NCBI GenBank assembly: GCA_963850305.1
Contig: CAWKKR010000005.1
Coordinates: forward strand, 192,001 to 256,000
DNA: 64,000 bases
Direction: 5' to 3'
Source of the DNA: an uncultured delta proteobacterium
Lineage (GTDB): Bacteria > Myxococcota_A > Polyangia > Polyangiales > Polyangiaceae
Positions 61,300 through 64,000 of the stretch are shown piece by piece. Within the stretch, counting starts at the first letter, position 1; each line of letters begins with the position of its first letter. Position numbers and translations under genes: made by a program. The notes under the pieces were generated by a model, which was given only the letters and a program-made list of their open reading frames with translations, had not been told where the DNA came from and made no database searches.

Positions 61300-62769
61300 A
61301 TGACGTCGTCACATCTAGGCGCCCTGGCCGTACGTGGCGCGACCACGCTTGCGATTAGAACGGCCTTTTTTGCGATTCTGAGCATCGCACGTGTCGCGCT
61401 CGTGGCGAGGCTACTCGGCCCAGCTGAGCTTGGTCTATACGGAGTGCTTGCCGTCGTTGCCGAGGCGGCGCGAGCATTTACGATGCTCGGAGCCGGCGCC
61501 GTGCTCATCCAGCGGGAGAAGATCGGCGAGCCGGAGCTCGCCACCTATTGGGCATTCGAGGCGCTCCAGGCCCTGGCCGCGGCTCTCATCGTGATCGCGG
61601 TGACACCGTTCGCGGTCGACGTGAGCATGCAGGGCCGGGCACTTCGACTCGGCCTTCTGGTGGCAATTTCCGTGCTGTTACCCGGGATCACCAACCCCGG
61701 TCGAATCCTCGCGGAACGCGAAGCGCGGTTCGAGCGGATCTCCTTCCTGGAATCGGTAGGAGCGACCACCGAGCTCCTCGTCGTGCTCGGCATCGCCATC
61801 TGGCTTCGCAGCGCAGCCGCGCTCGCCATTGGGGCTCTGGCGCGTGCGGCAATGGAGGTCGCTGGCTCCTACGCGCTATTTCCCCTGGCCCCCCGTCCGG
61901 CTCTGCATAGGGAGCCTGCTCGCGAATACTTGCGGGCGAGCGCGCATTTCATAGCTATCTCCGCGGGCGGCTACATCATGATCTACGGTGACAATCTGAC
62001 CGTCGCGAACCAGCTTGGCACTGTCGCTCTTGGGTTCTACGTCGCGGCCCATCGACTCACCGAGCTTGCGTTCGCAACGCTCACGAGCGTGGCGAATCGG
62101 GTCGTGTTCCCCGTGCTGAGTCGGCTTCGAGGTGGAGACCCGAGATTTCTGGCCTCCGTGGCGATGTTGATCGAGCTTCAGCTGCTTTACCTCGGAGGAG
62201 TGGCCGCGGGGCTCGTGGGCTTTGCCGCATTTTGGGTTCGGTCTTTCTACGGCGCGCCGTTCGCACCGGCAACGGTCGTACTGGAGGCGCTGTTCTTCGT
62301 AATGACAGGCCGAGCGATCTCTAGGATGACGACGCCCATCATCCTGGCCACGGGCCGTTACGACTTCACGTCGAAAGTGAAGGGCATCGAAGCGGCGCTC
62401 TTCATGTTGGGTGTGGTGATTGGCGTGAAGACTGCAGGCATCGTGGGTGTCGCGCTCGGTGCCGGCGTCGGGTACGTTGTGGCGGCGGGTCTACGACTCG
62501 AATTTCTGCGGCGACATATCGGAATTCGTGGATTGTCGCTCGCGCGGATGCTCGGGACTACGACGGCGATTTCATGCGTCTCGCTGGCGATCGCGCGCGG
62601 CTTGGGACCCTTGACTGTTCCTCTGGGCCGGTGGGGTGGCGCGCTTCAAATCGCGACCTATTCGGTCGTCTTCTGTTTGGTCGCCCTGGTGACTCGTGGC
62701 CCATTGCTCCGCACCGCGCTAGGTGTGCTCCGCTCCGGGCTGGGTCCAGCGAAGGAGGCGACGGGTTGA
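61300..62769 (+). CDS. Oligosaccharide flippase (Wzx family)
   Basis: ARLLGPAELGLYG, LIQR, GDNL..LG..ALGFY, RVVFPVLSR; about 12 TMs. Confidence 0.92.
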   Translation: MTSSHLGALAVRGATTLAIRTAFFAILSIARVALVARLLGPAELGLYGVLAVVAEAARAFTMLGAGAVLIQREKIGEPELATYWAFEALQALAAALIVIAVTPFAVDVSMQGRALRLGLLVAISVLLPGITNPGRILAEREARFERISFLESVGATTELLVVLGIAIWLRSAAALAIGALARAAMEVAGSYALFPLAPRPALHREPAREYLRASAHFIAISAGGYIMIYGDNLTVANQLGTVALGFYVAAHRLTELAFATLTSVANRVVFPVLSRLRGGDPRFLASVAMLIELQLLYLGGVAAGLVGFAAFWVRSFYGAPFAPATVVLEALFFVMTGRAISRMTTPIILATGRYDFTSKVKGIEAALFMLGVVIGVKTAGIVGVALGAGVGYVVAAGLRLEFLRRHIGIRGLSLARMLGTTTAISCVSLAIARGLGPLTVPLGRWGGALQIATYSVVFCLVALVTRGPLLRTALGVLRSGLGPAKEATG

Positions 62770-62943
62770 ACGCCCATTTCGGGCTCGAGCTCCCTGAGCA
62801 CACGAACCGCGTCGCCGTCGTGTCCCGATCCGATCCAGCTCGCGCCGCAGAAATCGTGCTTCGTCCATGGTGACGACGACCGCAGCACGGCGCGGATGTC
62901 ATGTCAGGACGGGGTGCGGCGAGACGCTACCCTCGAGGCATCG

Positions 62944-63087
62944 CATCCCGGCGTCGCTGATCGGTCACATCGCAACCTCCTTGTTGCGATCCAGCGTGAA
63001 TCCCGCCCCGCCCGAATTCATCCCGCCGTCGCTGATGGGTCACTCAGCGGATCACCGGCGGGGTGGCGGGAATGGATCTCACGCTGG
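62944..63087. repeat. Intergenic structured element: 25-bp direct repeat plus nested hairpins
   Basis: catcccg[g/c]cgtcgctgat[c/g]ggtcac at 62944-62968 and 63019-63043; perfect 8-bp stem 62969-62990; ccagcgtga (62991) / tcacgctgg (63087) close a long imperfect stem. Confidence 0.75.
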
Positions 63088-63122
63088 CCGGTGGTCACAG
63101 TTGGTGGTGGTGCCGGCTCACC

Positions 63123-64000
63123 TTATCTGCGGTTTGAGGTAACCTGCAACCCCATGTCCTCACCACTCGATGCGGCGAGCAGGGTGTCGTGGATGATACT
63201 CGAAGTCCATGAGCGCGCCGCGGACTGCACCAGGTGATCGGCGTTCTGCATCTGCGTGGCAGGGTAGGTGAGGGGCTGGTCGGGAACGATTCGGATGTGT
63301 GCCTTCCCGCGCACCTCGCGTTCCAACAGCTTCCGGATGCCCAGGTAGTACGCCTGGAAACGGTCGTCTCGAGCTAGGTCCTCTGCGACGGGGGCGAAAA
63401 CCAGAGTTAAGTCGATATCATTGCGCTCGGCGACGTTCAGGATGCCCCTGAGCGCAGCCAGATTCTCGGGAGAAATCTCGGGAGTATTGGAACGGACGAA
63501 CGAGAGGTGCTCTCTTAGATCCTCGCGAACCTGCTGGACGTCAGCATGTTCGATGGGCAAGTAGCCTGACGGCGATAGGCGATGCGCCTCGGGTATACCC
63601 GACTTGGCTGCCGCGAGGGCTGTCCGCATGCTGCGGTCTCCGCCGCCGCGGATGACTAGGTCAGCACCGCGGCGAGCGAGAACCTTCAAGAGATCGAGAA
63701 TGCTCTCGTTCTCGGCGACGAGTGGCAGATAACGATCCGTCACCCATTGGTTCGTCAGCTCGGCATTCCACTGAAGCATCGAGAAGTCCTGGCGCGCTGT
63801 CGACAGCGACAACGGTGCTTGTGCCACGACGTATCCGGATGCCGTTCGGTGCCATACATCGTACACGTGGACCAGAAACAGCCGCTTTGGCGCCCCGACA
63901 TTGCGGACGATGTGGTCCAGCATGGCGGCGGAGTTGACTACCAAGGCGTCCCCTATAGTGCATAAGTTCTCGACACGGCCTCCCAGAAGGCGCGTCGCGA
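63123..64000 (-). CDS. SGNH/DltD/AlgX-like protein, 3' part (5' end outside window)
   Basis: LLGGRVENLCTIG near the edge (shifted frame), LTLVFAP, MQNADHL; polysaccharide-locus context. Confidence 0.55.
   Translation of the reverse strand, partial: ATRLLGGRVENLCTIGDALVVNSAAMLDHIVRNVGAPKRLFLVHVYDVWHRTASGYVVAQAPLSLSTARQDFSMLQWNAELTNQWVTDRYLPLVAENESILDLLKVLARRGADLVIRGGGDRSMRTALAAAKSGIPEAHRLSPSGYLPIEHADVQQVREDLREHLSFVRSNTPEISPENLAALRGILNVAERNDIDLTLVFAPVAEDLARDDRFQAYYLGIRKLLEREVRGKAHIRIVPDQPLTYPATQMQNADHLVQSAARSWTSSIIHDTLLAASSGEDMGLQVTSNRR

Noticed and set aside
62944..63087. CRISPR array or integron attC site
   Set aside because: Only two repeat copies, no cas genes, and no clear RYYYAAC/GTTRRRY boundaries; kept only as an unexplained element.

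Overview
A GC-rich bacterial chromosomal segment. Gene content and protein style (bactofilin, PilZ, eukaryote-like Ser/Thr kinase plus FHA, DGDETxxDCGGSC repeats) suggest Myxococcota, probably Polyangiaceae-like; this is inference. About 1-44.6 kb is mostly core genome: recC-recB-recD, bactofilin, an LptD-like gene, a response regulator, TolC, a Fic-domain protein, map, rpsP-khpA-rimM-trmD, rpmB, xerD, trpGD, hlyC/corC, truB, gatCA, a kinase pair and t44-rpsB-tsf. From 44.6 kb to the end is a surface-polysaccharide locus: nucleotide-sugar dehydrogenase, cysC, a large glycoside-hydrolase-like lipoprotein, an AsnB-type amidotransferase, an O-antigen ligase/TPR protein, FkbM, GT4, acyltransferase-3, a flippase and an SGNH-like protein. 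That locus also carries IS110 and IS66 remnants flanking a Cys-rich beta-propeller lipoprotein gene. Many single-base frameshifts, often in homopolymers, are most likely long-read errors. The most notable items are a catalytically degenerate Fic domain fused to about 400 aa of K/A- and E/R/K-rich repeats, several other apparent pseudo-enzymes (an AAA-less enhancer-binding protein, a pseudokinase-FHA, a mini-GGT, a one-Cys NifU domain), the possibly sulfated glycan locus, and a structured repeat/hairpin element at about 62.94-63.09 kb. No CRISPR array, tRNA or rRNA was recognised. All calls come from motif recognition by eye; no database searches were run.
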